Shown here: positions 12,990 to 27,238 of the stretch, piece after piece
Layout of the letters: each line of letters opens with the position of its first letter
How positions within the stretch are numbered: position 1 is the first letter of the stretch
Assembly: GCA_043228905.1 (NCBI GenBank)
Contig: JBHGNT010000001.1
Location: 31,868,001 to 31,932,000, forward strand
Length of the DNA: 64,000 nt
Direction of reading: 5' to 3'
Source: Azolla caroliniana
Taxonomy: Eukaryota > Plantae > Polypodiophyta
Translations under genes and position numbers: made by a program
The notes under the pieces: model-generated
The model's database searches: none
Seen by the model: the letters and a program-made list of their open reading frames with translations, nothing else
Told to the model about the DNA's origin: nothing

Positions 12990-15881
12990 ATGGGAAGGCA
13001 ACCATGTTGTGAGAAGGTTGGATTGAAGAGAGGACCATGGTCATTGGAAGAAGACAAAAAGCTCATGAACTTCATCATGCGATATGGTACCCATGGGTGT
13101 TGGAGGGAGGTCCCAAGACTTGCAGGTATTACAACTTAAATATCTTCTTGATACATGTTTGGTAATGCAGCTAACTAGCTTCTACTTCACAAACTTATAT
13201 TTGTAATGAAACAAAATGTGGGTACGTTAAGGTTCTAGGAACTGATAAAAATATATACATAATCAATACTAATATAGGTTGTTTATAACTAGATCACACA
13301 TGAAGGATCTATTCATTGAAATTAGATTGCCATGCATGCTCTCATGTGGCGACAGTTATTCACCAAGAAGAACCAACTCTTCTCATGACCATTGAAAATC
13401 ATAATGCCCATTGACCATAATGTGAGATTGACATTTAGGCTCTAATAAAAAAACTTATGAAACACAAACATGCATAAGAGATTGTTAAGTAGACTACATA
13501 TGAATCTCTTAGTATACATCAATTTATTACTTATTAAAATAAAGATAATTAATGGATATGGCATGATTAGATTGTGTTGATTAAATGTTGATTGAGAACC
13601 CAATCTAACGACACCTATTAACAAAGACATGTGGAGGTTAATAATTTGAGAGTTGAAAAAATATCATAATAACTAGATTGTTTGCTTAAAGTTACACATA
13701 TTCTAATTAAGCTTGCGACTTTATTGAGTGCGAATAACACAGAGAGAAAACCACTCATAAGATTATTGATAAGTAGTTGATATGTCAAATAGATTGTGAC
13801 TAGAATTGTCCACTTTGTGGAAGCGGTCTATTGGTGTGGTGTATTGATATGAATGTAGTAACCAATCAAATGCATACCTCTTCTTTTTCCTTCAAATCCA
13901 TGCAAATCATTGGCACCAACCTTAATGTATTGCTTGCTATATGTGTGTAGCAATTGAAGTGCTATATATGGTTTTCTTTTCTTTTCTTTTCTTTTTTCCA
14001 AAAAAGCTATATATGGTCTTAAAGACTTGGTATCTAAATATATAACAATGTATTATAAACAAAAACAACAAGTGGGTGTTGTACATGTGGTAGGATTACT
14101 TCGATGTGGCAAGAGTTGTCGGCTCAGGTGGACCAATTACCTTCGACCCGACCTCAAGCGTGGTCAAGTATCTGATGCTGAAGAGAAGCTTATTATTGAC
14201 CTCCACGCAGCCATCGGGAACAGGTATGCATAACCTTATGTTTGTGCTTGTATACACTTATTCATTACTTACCATTATAAATGTATTGTTGTGAAGAGAA
14301 TGAGAGATGGGTAGATTGACTTGATTTCTTCACCATGGCCATCCTCCTTGGAGGTTAATTGGATAAAAAAAACATGTATAATAAGGTAATGTTAATGGGC
14401 ATAGCAAAAAGCCATTGTAGAAAATTTTGTTGTTGTCAAGGCTAATACAAGTTTCCAATCAAAAGGCACATGTAGTAAAGTGCCCTCACACACTCACACT
14501 AATGGGCCTTTAGCAAAATTTGTTATCATCATTGTGGGACTTGTACTAGAGTATTAGTTATAAACACACATATAAGTTTGAACCAATTTTCTAGTTTTAA
14601 AACCAAATTTTTTTAGGAAGTGCACTTCAAGCCATGCCATATATGTTAATGTTAGTGCCATTTGGAGTGAAATATTTTCTTTATGAGTGTAGGTGGTCTC
14701 GTATTGCAGCTCAACTCCCTGGACGAACAGACAATGAGATCAAGAATTATTGGAATACGAGGATCAAAAGAAAATTGAGGCAAATGGGCATTGACCCAAT
14801 AACACATGAACCCCTGGTGGATGGTGTTTTGGATAAGCATAATAGATATAAAACAGTGAGCCAATCCAATAAAGGTGGCAAGAAGAGAAACACCAAGCGA
14901 CATGTCAATAGTCAAGATAACGAAGGATTGATTGAACTTCCAAATAACCCTATCCTCAACAAAAAGGAGAAATTAGAAGTAGAAAGTAGAGAAGCGCACC
15001 TTAGAGTACAAAAAATGAAAGCTGCTCTTCTAGCCTTCAAATATCGATTGCAAAATAACCGAAGCTCCCTTAATAGTGATTTGTCCTCGTCTCAAAGTTA
15101 TCATACCAACATTCACGAGAACCTCATTCCTAACACTACTTTGGTGGGAAATATCAATGGTATGATAAAAGAAGATTATGAATGTATGCATCAAGTAAGC
15201 CCTCTTTCTTCAGGTAGCAACAACCTTGCTTTGAGCCACAACACCTTGCTATGTGAACCCAGTAGCCCCTTAACTACTTCTAACCAAATAGATCATTTCA
15301 ATCGCCCTGGATATTTGTCAGACATGGAGAGGGACTATGGTGTATATGAAAGCATACTTAATATTGATGTGAATCCCAACTATGGTCTCAATGATACACT
15401 CTTAGAAACAATTGAAACTTCATGCATCCATGATCATAAATCATGCTCTAGTTATTGGACTATGATAGCCAAAGATAACAACATTGACTATTGTAGATTT
15501 TCAAAAGATATGGTTGACACTCATAGCAATATGGATTGTGTAGTTCTAGAAACCATGCAAAATACATCTAATATGTCTTCTCATGGCATGCATTCTAGCC
15601 AAAACATGTTAGGCTATGGATACATGGTCAGCGGTGCAAATTTGGAAGTTGATGATAATTGTGCAATAGACACGTTACCACAAGAACAAGGCTTGGATGA
15701 CTCTCAAACACTTCTTAGTGCTTCATCATGTGAATCTTATGCTTCAACGCCATGGGGTACAATAGTGCAAGGTTTGTTAAATGGTAACAATCCAATACAA
15801 ATTGTGGAAAATGAGCATTACAACAATTCAATTGCAATAAATTTACAACATCTAGCAAGCTCTTTACTTGATGATATATAA
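12990..15881 (+). CDS. R2R3-MYB transcription factor, ODORANT1/MYB20-42-43-85-like N-terminus with GIDPxTH motif
   Basis: Exons 12990-13125 (136 bp; [25 protein letters not shown]...WREVPRLAG), 14094-14223 (the canonical 130 bp; [23 protein letters not shown]...IGNR) and 14693-15881 ([38 protein letters not shown]...). This is the typical plant R2R3-MYB intron pattern. Confidence 0.95.
13961..14017 (-). mobile_element. Tail-only retroposon insertion (33 bp) in MYB intron 1
   Basis: 12-bp direct repeat gctatatatggt (13961-13972, 14006-14017) flanks a sequence reading TTTTTTGG-AAAAAAGAAAAGAAAAGAAAAGAAA on the minus strand, the same oligo-T/GG/poly-A end seen in LINE copies of this window. Confidence 0.65.
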
Positions 15882-18800
15882 TCCACACAAAAATCAATGT
15901 CCACAGAAATTTTAAACACTAGTCATCCCTTGCACATTCATGAACATAGATTCAACCAAGACACAATTTATTTTCTTATAGTAAATTTTGTGCATATTCT
16001 TATTTGCAACCTTGGGTCACGTTCATAAGAGAATTTGTAATTATCTTATAAGTTGAAGAAAGTTTATATGTTCAATCATTCTACCATCCCAAAAAGTGTG
16101 AAAGTCGACTTGTTAATATAATAGTGACAAGAAGCTTCCATGCTTCTTGGTATAATTGTGTTACATCTTGGTCGTTAATTTGTTGGGGGAAAAGAGGGCA
16201 TAACTACCTGGTGGATAATAATACAAGGTTTTAATCAAACAAACTTAAGTGAACAACTCTAAAGTGGAACAATATTCCCTTAAGTTAGTTCATCTTTTTT
16301 GTTTTATGAGCTTCTCTAGTCACCACCCAAGAATGCTTTTGTCTGTCTTTTTCCTGTTGTTCTAACTACCTCCACTTACTTGCTTTTGGAAAACAAAAGT
16401 AAAGGAAATCACACCATTGTCAATGAGAAGGCCTTATTACTTGATTTTAGAGTGGGCAAAAAGTGTAATTATAGAAAATGTCCTACATAGTAATTAAATC
16501 ATGGAGCTAAAAAAATATCCATTTGTTTTACTTTCCATTAGTTCTTTACTTCTACTTGTACATATACTACCAAAATGCAAATATTATCATAATTATAATA
16601 TACAAAGTTTATAAAGGTAAAATGAAGTGATAAAATAATAGAGTTGCAAAACTTATTTACAAAGTTGTATTAATGTAGGCACATGTTATTTACATGGATT
16701 AGACTTTATGAAACAAGTGGTATTGCCATGATTTAAGGAGTTACCTATATAGAAACCTTTGGTCATCGTTCTTAGCATGCCTTTTAATCATCAGAAATTT
16801 TGATTAAAGCATATGCCTTGAACAAATATCTTTAAATATGGAAGAAATTTTGAGACAACTTTGGCACTCACTTAGTCCATCATAAACACTTATCAATCTT
16901 AAGTTAGTGGTCAAGCCTCGAGTAATTGGTGGTCATTGGAGAACTTCTTTTGCTTTTGTATTTTGCAATTAAGCACATTAAGAATTGGCTCTAAATATAT
17001 GGCTTGAGAAATCATTTCCATTTTTTATTCATATGCATATTTTCACAACATGTCAACGTGATGATAACCACTTTAGGTATTATATTTTGATGCATGTCTC
17101 TCTCACACACACATATGCATCTTGAAATCATTGTTGCATATTTAACATTAGATCCCCAATGTTGGGATAGCTTCTACAACAAAACTGATTTTGTGATGTG
17201 AAGATATCCTAAATATAAGTCCCATCTCTTCTCTAAATATAATTTAGTCACAGTAATTACATAAAAGTTCCACTCCAAGAAATTTTAAGGTTAAGAAGTT
17301 AAGAAAGGGGCCATTTTATTGCATCAACTTTCAAGATCAAGATAACTACTTGGGGTTATTCGTTCACAAAATTTACTCTACACATACGTGTCAAACCACA
17401 AGTGTAACAATACCTATCACTTCAAAAGTGCTTTGACACCACTATTATCTCCATTCTATGCATATGCAAGAATAACCACGTTGCTTCCCATGTTATAATA
17501 TTTCAACATAAAACTTTCTATTTGATGAATGTGCCTCGAATTTGTGAAACCTTGTGAGTAAGTCCTAATTCTCTCTTTGAAGTTTGAGGGATGTTCTCTT
17601 CTCTATAAGAGAATTTTTATCCTCAATTTCTTTGCTCAAGCACTTTCTACTATTCTATGGCATAAAGGCGTATAAAGATGAAATGGCATATAAAGATGCA
17701 AAAGGTATGCAATGAAATGTTAGTTGAAGATGAATATCACTTGTCGCATGCTCAAGATAGAAGGTAATTTAGAAGAAGTATGCATTATTTTCCCAGAGAG
17801 TTTTTACTATCAAGTAGTTACTAGTAACCCTCCTTAGTAAGGAGTCACTTATAGATGATATGATTATTCAATCTCATAGATCAAAGTTGGTCTCTTCATG
17901 AACAATGGGAAAACTATTATATCATGTTGTATTCTACCATGTGACAAGGCTCTTTTTTCATGAAAAAAGTAACACAATATTTCAGTGAGAAGCAAGTTCA
18001 CACTATTCTTGTGCATCTTTTTACAAGGGGTTTGTGTTTCACATGCAAATACTTTTTTAATCTACATTAATTAAAACTTCTAATGCTTCATTTGTCCCAA
18101 TGTCGTTAAAACCGTAACAGCATTGAGAACTTTAACAAGCACCATGAATAATCAAGAAATGTAACTGTCCACCACCACATCCTACTATGTATATGGGTTG
18201 AGCTACAAACGGTTTAACCTATGATTAATGGACAAGCACCAATGTTATTTATTTCATGTTTCCAATGACATTGAATTCAATCATAATTCCATTCAATAAT
18301 AACAATTCATTTGAACATTGTAGCATAACATGACTTCCTTCACGATTATTATAAGTTTTTATCCACTTGACAAGCTTCCTTTGATGTTTTCATGTGTGCA
18401 AGATTCAAATATTTTACCATCTTACTCATTAATATTACATTTTCCTTGAATACAAGTCCCTTTGTTCATCCACAACTACATCTTGCTTCTATCACTCATT
18501 TTTAATTAAGAAGAGATACCTCACTTAAACAATAACGATTTCTATTATTGTAGAACATTATAGGAAACTGAATCATCCTTTTGTCTAATGGAGGTATGAA
18601 CCAAGCACACTTTTTACTTGAAGCTTTTTGGCTTACAAATTGAATCTCAATCTTTGACTGAGAGAGCATTGATTAAAGCATGCAGTTGTAAATTACATTT
18701 ATTTGCGAAATAAACTAGCCTAGTGTTAACTCAATGTAACATCATGAAAATATGAATTTGTATTATTCACCCAATCTTGTTTTTTCTTTACAAAAATAAT

Positions 18801-18969
18801 CGGCTTCCAAGCAAACTCAAAACATTTCTTTTAAGCTCCAACATTGTTGACAGAAACAGGAGCGGGAGCCTCATGTGTGTTGTATACATTTTCCATAGCT
18901 CTTGTTTCCTATAAAAATAAATGTTTAGGGTAAGAATGGGATAATCTAATATAATGATATGTAATAATT

Positions 18970-20588
18970 TTAGAAGACCTGAAGGTCAAGAATAATGAAA
19001 AATAGGTACCTAAACTAAAAATGCAAAACCAGTGTGTTAATAATACAACAATTCATGAACATATCTTTTATCAATACCTGAATGGGTAGAAATAATTTGA
19101 ACTCTGGGGGAACCTCATCCTCGGAATAGAGACGATCAGAAAAGTAAATGCGGCGGATGCGACAGTTTGCATGGACTTGAACACGAAGAGTCTCAACATA
19201 GTTGGTACCATATGCACGCCGTGTGAAATCGGAAAGGTTGAACTGGATCTGATTCCATCCTTCATCCAACCTCATCGGCATGGTGCATATAAAAGGCCTC
19301 ACACGAGTCAAGGTCTATCATTCACGAGTTTCATCACATCAAATTAAGTACTCAGGAGAAAAGAAAGCAATAACTTAAATGACAATAAAGAAGGATCATA
19401 AATAACAAAATTGTACATGTGTAAACTCATGACCTTAAAATGGATACAATCTTGTGAATTCAAAAGTATATATCTGTCATTTCCTTTTCCTATTCAATAT
19501 GTGTATATATCTGTTAAATGGCCACCTTATGTTTGTAAAATATATGTAAACAAAAGGGTTTGAAAACCCATTCCGTTGGCATTGCATGCTAGGATACACG
19601 ATTATGAGAGCCTTGATTATATGTCCACTACAGAGAGACAAACAGACAGATATAATAAAGACTGTGTGTGTGTGTGTGTGTGTTTTATCAATGTTTACAG
19701 GAGCCATGTCTTTATGGGTATGTTTCTTACTTGATAATTTGAAGCTCTAAAACGGCGTCTCAAGTGTTTATCATCAAGCACTTCCACTTCAAAAGAGAAA
19801 TATTTCTTCATATTCTTAATTATCATGACTAGAAATGGCAATTTAATTCCTAGAGTTCCATGTGGATCTGGTGGGGCTGATATGTAATTGGTAGCCACAT
19901 TTGTACCCATGATTTCCACCACACAAGATTGGATATCTTCATCTGTCAATCTTTTTACATGACCATTCTTAACTGCAGTGGAATAATACGACACCTAAAA
20001 AACTTTAGATAAAATTCCACTAGATCGGTTCCTTCATTACACATGAAATCTAATGAAATTATAGAAAACCGGTTTCTTTTTAACCTAAATACTCTTTGGG
20101 AAAAAAACCCAACAAAAACATGTACTTCAGTATGAACTAACACTATGGAAAAATGCGTTCAATCAAACAACAAATCTATTGAAATAAACTAAATACACTG
20201 AAAAGTTTCTAAAAACGAAAAACCAACAAAGGTATTGAAATATATACTGAATGCTCTGAAAACTTTTCTCAAGACACAGCAATCTTTCATAAAATTGACT
20301 AGTACCCCCGAACTCTAAATAATTGAGTAAACTAACTTGGATAAACCAACAAACTTCCACTTGTTTTAACTTTTACATTTATTGTAAAGCATACCTTGTT
20401 TATCCCAGATTTGAAGTGGCTTGCTCCTGCCATGGATTTCCAAACAACATATACAGATAGTCAGAATAGGAATACTTATTTGTGGTAAAGTAGTTATCTA
20501 CCATAACGATCTATGATGGATTGGATGGTATTTACCCAACACTGTAGAATATTGAGAGAAACCCTGACTGGAATGCGTTCTTAAACAT
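18970..20588 (-). CDS. CFAP20: Cilia- and flagella-associated protein 20 (CFAP20/BUG22)
   Basis: Exons (minus) 20536-20588 [18 protein letters not shown], 20395-20426 [10 protein letters not shown], 19731-19972 ...[20 protein letters not shown]...[10 protein letters not shown], 19078-19314 ...[21 protein letters not shown]...[19 protein letters not shown]. Last exon is 18970-18978 (VF*) or alternatively 18831-18908. Probable 5' UTR intron 20663-21669. Confidence 0.95.
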
Positions 20589-20934
20589 CTTTATAAAGAA
20601 TAGTAATAACCTCCTTTGTTTTTGCTTTCAAAAAGAGCGAGATTGTACCAAAGGCACGAAGTCTGCAGGAAAGGTTTTTCTAAGATTACATTCCTCTTAC
20701 ATTTTTCTGTAGAAAATTACTAGATTAATAAGCAGCTTCATCATATTCTACAACATCAGAAATCATCATTGTTTCAATGATTGAATTGTGTCATTATATA
20801 ATATGGTAGATTAAGGTTTCCCATACTCGCTATTTCATGACACGTTATACAAAATCAAAGTAATAGAGAGAAAAACTAAAGCACCAATGAATTCAACCTA
20901 ATGTTACTGCAATGGCATATAAATTGGATACGTA

Positions 20935-21330
20935 TAACTAAACAGCCATTTGCATAGGATTTTTATATGATTTAACAGACCCATTTTGCATAGGTATGGA
21001 TAAAGAAACCGCTCATATTGCATAAGAATCCCCCTGTTTTGAATGGCTTATAAACAGCCAATTTTTCAGAAAATAGAAATAATCCTTTTTTAATAGGATT
21101 TGCATAATATGCAAATCGCCTATAGTGCATTGGAAATAAACAAGCAATTTTGCAAATGATAATAGATATAAACAGCCCTTTCCTATAGGATTTGCGTAAG
21201 ATACAAACAACCCATTTTTTGCAAAGGATTTGCATAAGATACAAGCATTCATTTTTGCATAGCAAGTGCAAAGGATAACAGATATAGACAACTCATTTGT
21301 ATTGGATATAAACAGATTAATCGCATAGGG
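20935..21330. repeat. Degenerate minisatellite-like array in the putative CFAP20 5' UTR intron
   Basis: Recurring alternating motifs (T)AAACAGCC/AAACAAC and TTTGCATA(A/G)GAT at roughly 30-40 bp spacing. Confidence 0.55.
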
Positions 21331-23407
21331 ACTGAGGAGGGGTATAAATAAACTATGTAACTAACCTGTTACGCATATATAACTGGGCAGAATATAAGAC
21401 AATAGATACAAACAGCCTATTTTACATGACAAAGGAAGCGGATTTATATCATTAGCATCCGAGGTGCATTACAGAGAAATTTGTGTTTTAACCTTTTTCA
21501 CAGTATGACATTGTCTTTTCTTTACTGGCACAATATCAGAATGAGAGAGAAAAAATAAAATGTTATTATGAATTTATACGCAAATATACACAGAAAAAAG
21601 CATCGGAAAATGAATGGAACACATGAGAGAAAGGAGGGGGAGGGGGAGGGGGAGGGGAGGGAAGGTTACCTTGTCTTGGAGGGAGGGGAGAAGAAGCGTC
21701 TTGTGTTTCCTTCGACTTCATGTGATGCTTCGTACCATCGTTTTAGACCTTAATAGGGCTTAAAAGCAGAAAACACAGACACACAGAGAGAGGAAAGAAG
21801 AAGAAACAGGATCTCTGAATTGGGAGAAAGAGAGAGAAAGAGAGATCCTAGGAGGCACGGCCGTGGCCAGTAGATATTCCCAATTTTTCTTTAATACATT
21901 TTGGGACATGTTAATTTTGTGTGGACATTTTGGGGGTCTTTTTGTTTGGACATCTCCACTCGATGTCTTCCTTCTCCTCCTCCTTTCATCTTACACACAC
22001 ACACACACACATTTGTTAATGGTCCAAGATCTAAGAGACGCGCCCAATGCCAATGACACCCTTCCTTTCCTTCCTTCTTTCTATGGCATTTCATTCATTG
22101 CCCATAATCAATTTCTCCCGCTTCTCCACTAACTAATAGTGTAGTTGTGGCGTGTCCCCAATCTGTCCCAACTAATACAAAATCCCAAACCTTATTGAGA
22201 CTCCCACCAAACAGCTGCCGCCCAAGTCCCATGAGGGGCACCACCATGGTTTGTCCCAACCTCTTGGGTCCCAACAGTTGGGGCTATCCAATAGCTTGTA
22301 GTCCCAACAACCATGTATGGGCCTTATATGAGGATAATGCCTTACAAAGGAGAAGCATTTTGAGGTCAACATAATATAAGAAGACTTTGTCTCATGCTTG
22401 GTCTACATCACTTGTCATCATAATATAAGAATGTGTTCTTGGGACATTATAATAGCTCTATGCTAATTATACATATTGAATTGTTTGCTACGTTGTATCC
22501 ATTCCTATGTACCACAAACAACTCATGTTTGTATCCCCTAACACCCCTTCTACATACATATACGTACCATGTTTCATCCAACAAAAAGCTTGTGCATTAC
22601 CTTACAAGACCACCAACACACAAAATTCTTCATTAGCTTGTGGCCATCCATCTCCATCTACCTAGGTACAAACGTTGAAAATGATGTTTTGAACTTCGTA
22701 CATATTGGCTACATTTCTACATGGAAAAGGCCTCCAACCCAATTCACCATCTCAAAACTCGTAATCTTATGCATTATATTTCTTATAAGAATCACGTTTG
22801 ATTTTATTGTATTCTCCTATGACCACTTTTAATGCCCTATCTACAACTTTTTAAGGCCCTATGATGACGTTAAATAGCAATGCAACTTGCTTAAAAGAAA
22901 ATAATTGAATCTTCAGTAGCAATAAAACTATAAATGCTTATGGAGAAGAAGACAGACAGGTTTGTGTAAAAGGACTATGGAGCAGGCTATATTCACCTAT
23001 CGATGAATTTAAATTTGAATGAAAAGCCAAAAATATCCAACATAATTAAGTACTAAAAATGGCATCTTAAATAACTTGTAAATCGATTACATCTGAGTTA
23101 TTAAAGAGGTAATACACTAGAACCTCATCATAAAAGCAATTATTCAACAGGAAATTACTGCACATTATTAAACAGGATATGTTGATATAAATATATGTGT
23201 GTATATATACATACAAAAGGACTGCAATAGAAAGAAAACATATGCTACTGCTTCAGTTATTTGAAGCAGTGCAATCAGCAAAAGCAAATAGAACAATCCA
23301 TAAGTTATATGTACATGAGCAGAAAATAGTATTTATAAATCGCACTGTGGTTTTAAGGAACCATCTTTTCCCAATGGCTACGAAACCCTTCCATGCACTG
23401 AATTGAC

Positions 23408-26400
23408 TCAATCAACAACCTCTTTCAAGGAAGAAACAAACTCTTGATTCAATGCACGGCCTTGTGTAAATCGTCTGATCATTTCCAAGGAAGCTTTGGG
23501 TTGGTCCATAGGCACCATGTGGCCAGCATTATGAACCTAAGGATTTCATGAACCACTTCAATCATTCAGCAAACACAAAGCCCTCAAAATAACCAAAAGC
23601 AAAACATCTAATTTATATCAAATAAATATAATACCTTGAGAAAGGTTAGTGGCCCATGATTCCTAAATATCCCAGCCTCCACACCATCCACAGTGAACTG
23701 CTCATCAGAAGCACCATTGTAGCCTTCTTTACCAGACCATTCGATTTCTGAGACCCACCTAGAATTGCCTGGTAAGACCAGCATTCAATAAATAAAGATT
23801 AGCATTCCCTTATCCAGTTGACAAGCTATTTTAAGCTTGGGCAGGCAAGCATCCAATACAAGTTGACAAGCTATTTTAAGGCAAGCATCCAATACATAAG
23901 GAATTATTCGCATTCGTAAATATCAAATATAAATTGCAGAATAGCTCTTTTACAAGCTATTCACGACGAACATTCCATACCTAAAGAGTTCTTAACATCC
24001 CAGAACATACCTAGATAATTGCAGATAAGGTCGTATTCACCAGCATACACAAGAAGTTGGATTCCATCCTCTAACAATGCCGGGATGCCAACCTCGAGGT
24101 TTCGCATCCAATCCATTATCATGAACTTGTATACCAGCGGGCTACAAGATATAAATGCACGGTCACCGACCCCCAGTGCTTGTTTCACTGCCTGCTGATT
24201 TAAATATGTTTCCATCTTCGAGAAGTCATAGCACAAACTTCCGCTACATTTCGAGCGAATGTCGTAGTACTGCAAAAGAAGTAATGAACTATGTGATTTC
24301 GAGCAACACATGATTTCCCGATATTAACCCAATTGATATAATGAACTATCCATAAATGTTAAATTAGATAAAGGCACAAAACTTTAACAATATAGCACAA
24401 GGCCTTTCCAACTATATATTCCTCACATAAAAGGTATAAAAAACAAAACCACCAAATCACGGTTTACAAAACACTGAAGGACAAGATCTGTGTTCCTCGC
24501 CTACATTTTTACTTTTAACCATATTATACATTCTTAACACGACGCAAAAATAACACAACCACCCAAGATTTACAAAACACTGAAGGATAGCATCTGTTTC
24601 ATTAAATCCTACATTTGGAACATAATTTGATTATATTACGTTCAAATATTCATGTTAGCGTACTGGGGTTGACAGTAGAGGTTTTGTGTCACATGTAAAG
24701 GTTAACCCTTACCAACATATTCAAACAAGCTCATACTAATATATTTTAGATAAGAATAATTCCAATTCCAACCTTTCACTGTTGGGAGTAGCAAGTTTTA
24801 CGCCCTATAATAACCTTGTACAGTTACACATAGCATGTTTTACACAAGATGTAGCAATCACATGTGAGGATTTGAACACATTATATCCACAACCAAGGTG
24901 GAACAAGTTATCACCAAATAAATCAACTTAAAGAAGCAGGGTGTTTTAGTTATAGAGATGTTGGGAACAACCCGAGAAGTCATGATATCCTAAAACCAGA
25001 GAGCACTTACATTAATATTCCCAACTATGGACATAATTGATGTGAAAATGGACCCACAAACCATTTGAGCAGCTGCACATGTGATTGTTCCTTTATTACC
25101 TGTATGCAATACTTCTTAGCCACATTCTTTGTAAATATCAAGCTGTCATAACTTCAATCATACGTCACAAAAAATATATAAATTACCGCAAAGCTTTATT
25201 GCCTCTTCACAAATAGGATATGTCTTGCTTATTCTCTCTTTGTCATTCTCGGTGATGAGACCCATTTCCAAGGCATAATCTGCATATGCTTCGTACTGTA
25301 TCTTTGGGTTTGTCAGACCATTCCCAATAGCAAACCCCTAAATAGACATTCTCTCATAATTCAGTTACCATTGAGAAAGTTATCTGCATGTCAAACCAGA
25401 ACTAAAATTGCCAAGTCACAATTCCAGATAATGAATCTCATACCTTTAAATTAATATGTAATCCTTCATTTGCTTTGTTGCCTTTGTGAATGCGACTAGT
25501 TACAGCAGGTACATAGTGCCCAGCATACGACTCTCCAGTTACAAAAAAGTCATTTCCAGCAAACTCTGGATGAGCCTCAAAGAAGGCCTAAACCAAGCCA
25601 CAAGTTTTCAATACCTCATTTCTGCCATATATACTGTGTATAATAAAAATAAAGAAAGTTTGCAATACCTGAAGGAAATGATACATATCTTCGCTCACTC
25701 CTTTCTCATCGTGCCGAATGTCACGAATGTCACTACTGTAGCTAAAACCAGTTCCAACAGGCTGGTCCACGAAGATAATACTAGATGCCTGCACATGAAA
25801 TTTCACTCATTGTAAGTAAATAATTTTCATCCAGAAACTATAAAGAATAACATATGCACAACATACCTTGTCCCACCCATGTTCATTCCACGTGAGAGTG
25901 AGATTATCTGTTATCTGGAAAGGACCATTCTCGTAGAACAATGCGAGCTCACTGCTACATCCAGGCCCTCCGGACATCCAAAGCACAATTGGATCTTCAG
26001 CTTTGTTCTCACGTGACTCAAAAAACAAGTAAAACATTCTGCCAAAGAGAAGTCTTACCATGAGCACCAGAATGAGCAGAAACCCCTTATTTAATGGTTG
26101 ATGAATCATTGGAAAGATATGAAGATAGTATTATAGATTTATGGTGTATTTAAATAATTATGGTAAGGCGGATTAAATTTTACAATTGAAATTGAAAATA
26201 CTTGAGAACAAATTCACACGCCATGCCTTCTACATATAACTATCCATGAAAGCATTGAATTGGATTAAAAGCCATAAATATCGTTCTTGGCATAAACGTT
26301 ACTTGCATATACCTTTATTTGCAGATATTGAGCTTAAACGCCATATTGTTCTATCCTTCTTACCATATACAGTTTCCCTTCAATGCCATCTCTTTTATCC

Positions 26401-27238
26401 TTCTTAGCATAAAAGGTATATATTCATATAAATTTATTTTACATCTTATTTCATCCACAACAACTTAGGCATAAAATGATTTCCACAATATACTTATTGC
26501 TCGGGGTCATGCAGCAAACTAAATATCATAAGATAGATGAGGAGCTGACGCATTTATATACACTGCATGAAAGACTCATAACAAAACTTCTATGCACACA
26601 TACATATGCAAAATAGTCAGAGCTCATATACAACACCTACAAAAAGATATAAGCACAGCATCTATTCACAGACACAAGTGCAAAAGACATCAAGCATCTG
26701 GCGAATACATAAAACAAATCATTTCTGAATTAAATCAGAACAAAAACAATAAGACATCTGATCAACAAATGAAAAGAACAACATTGCTGGGTTGAACCCA
26801 AAAGAAAAATCCACAGAGATAACTTCTTAATACCTCAAAAGAGCAAAATTTCTGAAGTAATTCACAAAAATAAAAAACATCTAAGGACATGAGATTGAAC
26901 CTGGAATCATGAGTGTTGGGAAGATTGAAATAGCCAGCATGGTGGCCAAGTTCCTCTCTGGAAATGGAAGATTCAGATTCTCCCTCCACATATAGCCGTA
27001 TTCTCTCTTCAACAAGGGCAGACCTGGGAGAAGAAGAAGAAGATACATCGGATCGATAGCGAGAGAGGGTGTTGGCGAATTTAGGCACCAGATTCAGGTC
27101 CCGTATGAGTCGTTCCGCCTGACCGATGACAGAGGAGAATCCATCATATTGCGAAGGAGAGGAAGAAGAAACCCTAGAAGAGGAGGAGGCAGAGAAGAGC
27201 AGGAACAGAGGAAGAAGCAGAGCGCAGAGATTGGCCAT
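23408..27238 (-). CDS. Serine carboxypeptidase-like protein (SCPL48/49-type, about 511 aa, signal peptide)
   Basis: Nine in-phase exons 26901-27238, 25867-26038, 25669-25788, 25444-25587, 25187-25337, 25011-25099, 24011-24269, 23635-23768, 23408-23536 (1536 nt). Motifs LGHHAGYF, WMSGGPGCSSELALFYENGPF, FVDQPVGTGFSY and catalytic GESYAGHY, AGEYDLIC, AGHMVPMDQP. Confidence 0.95.

Noticed and set aside
24860-24930. B-box-like gtgttcaaatcctc (minus) in an SCPL intron, suggesting a tRNA or SINE
   Set aside because: No convincing A box, cloverleaf or TSD.
23408-27238. SCPL as an acyltransferase of a metabolic gene cluster
   Set aside because: The active-site motif is GESYAG with SCPL48/49-type sequence, not the GDSYSG typical of clade IA acyltransferases.
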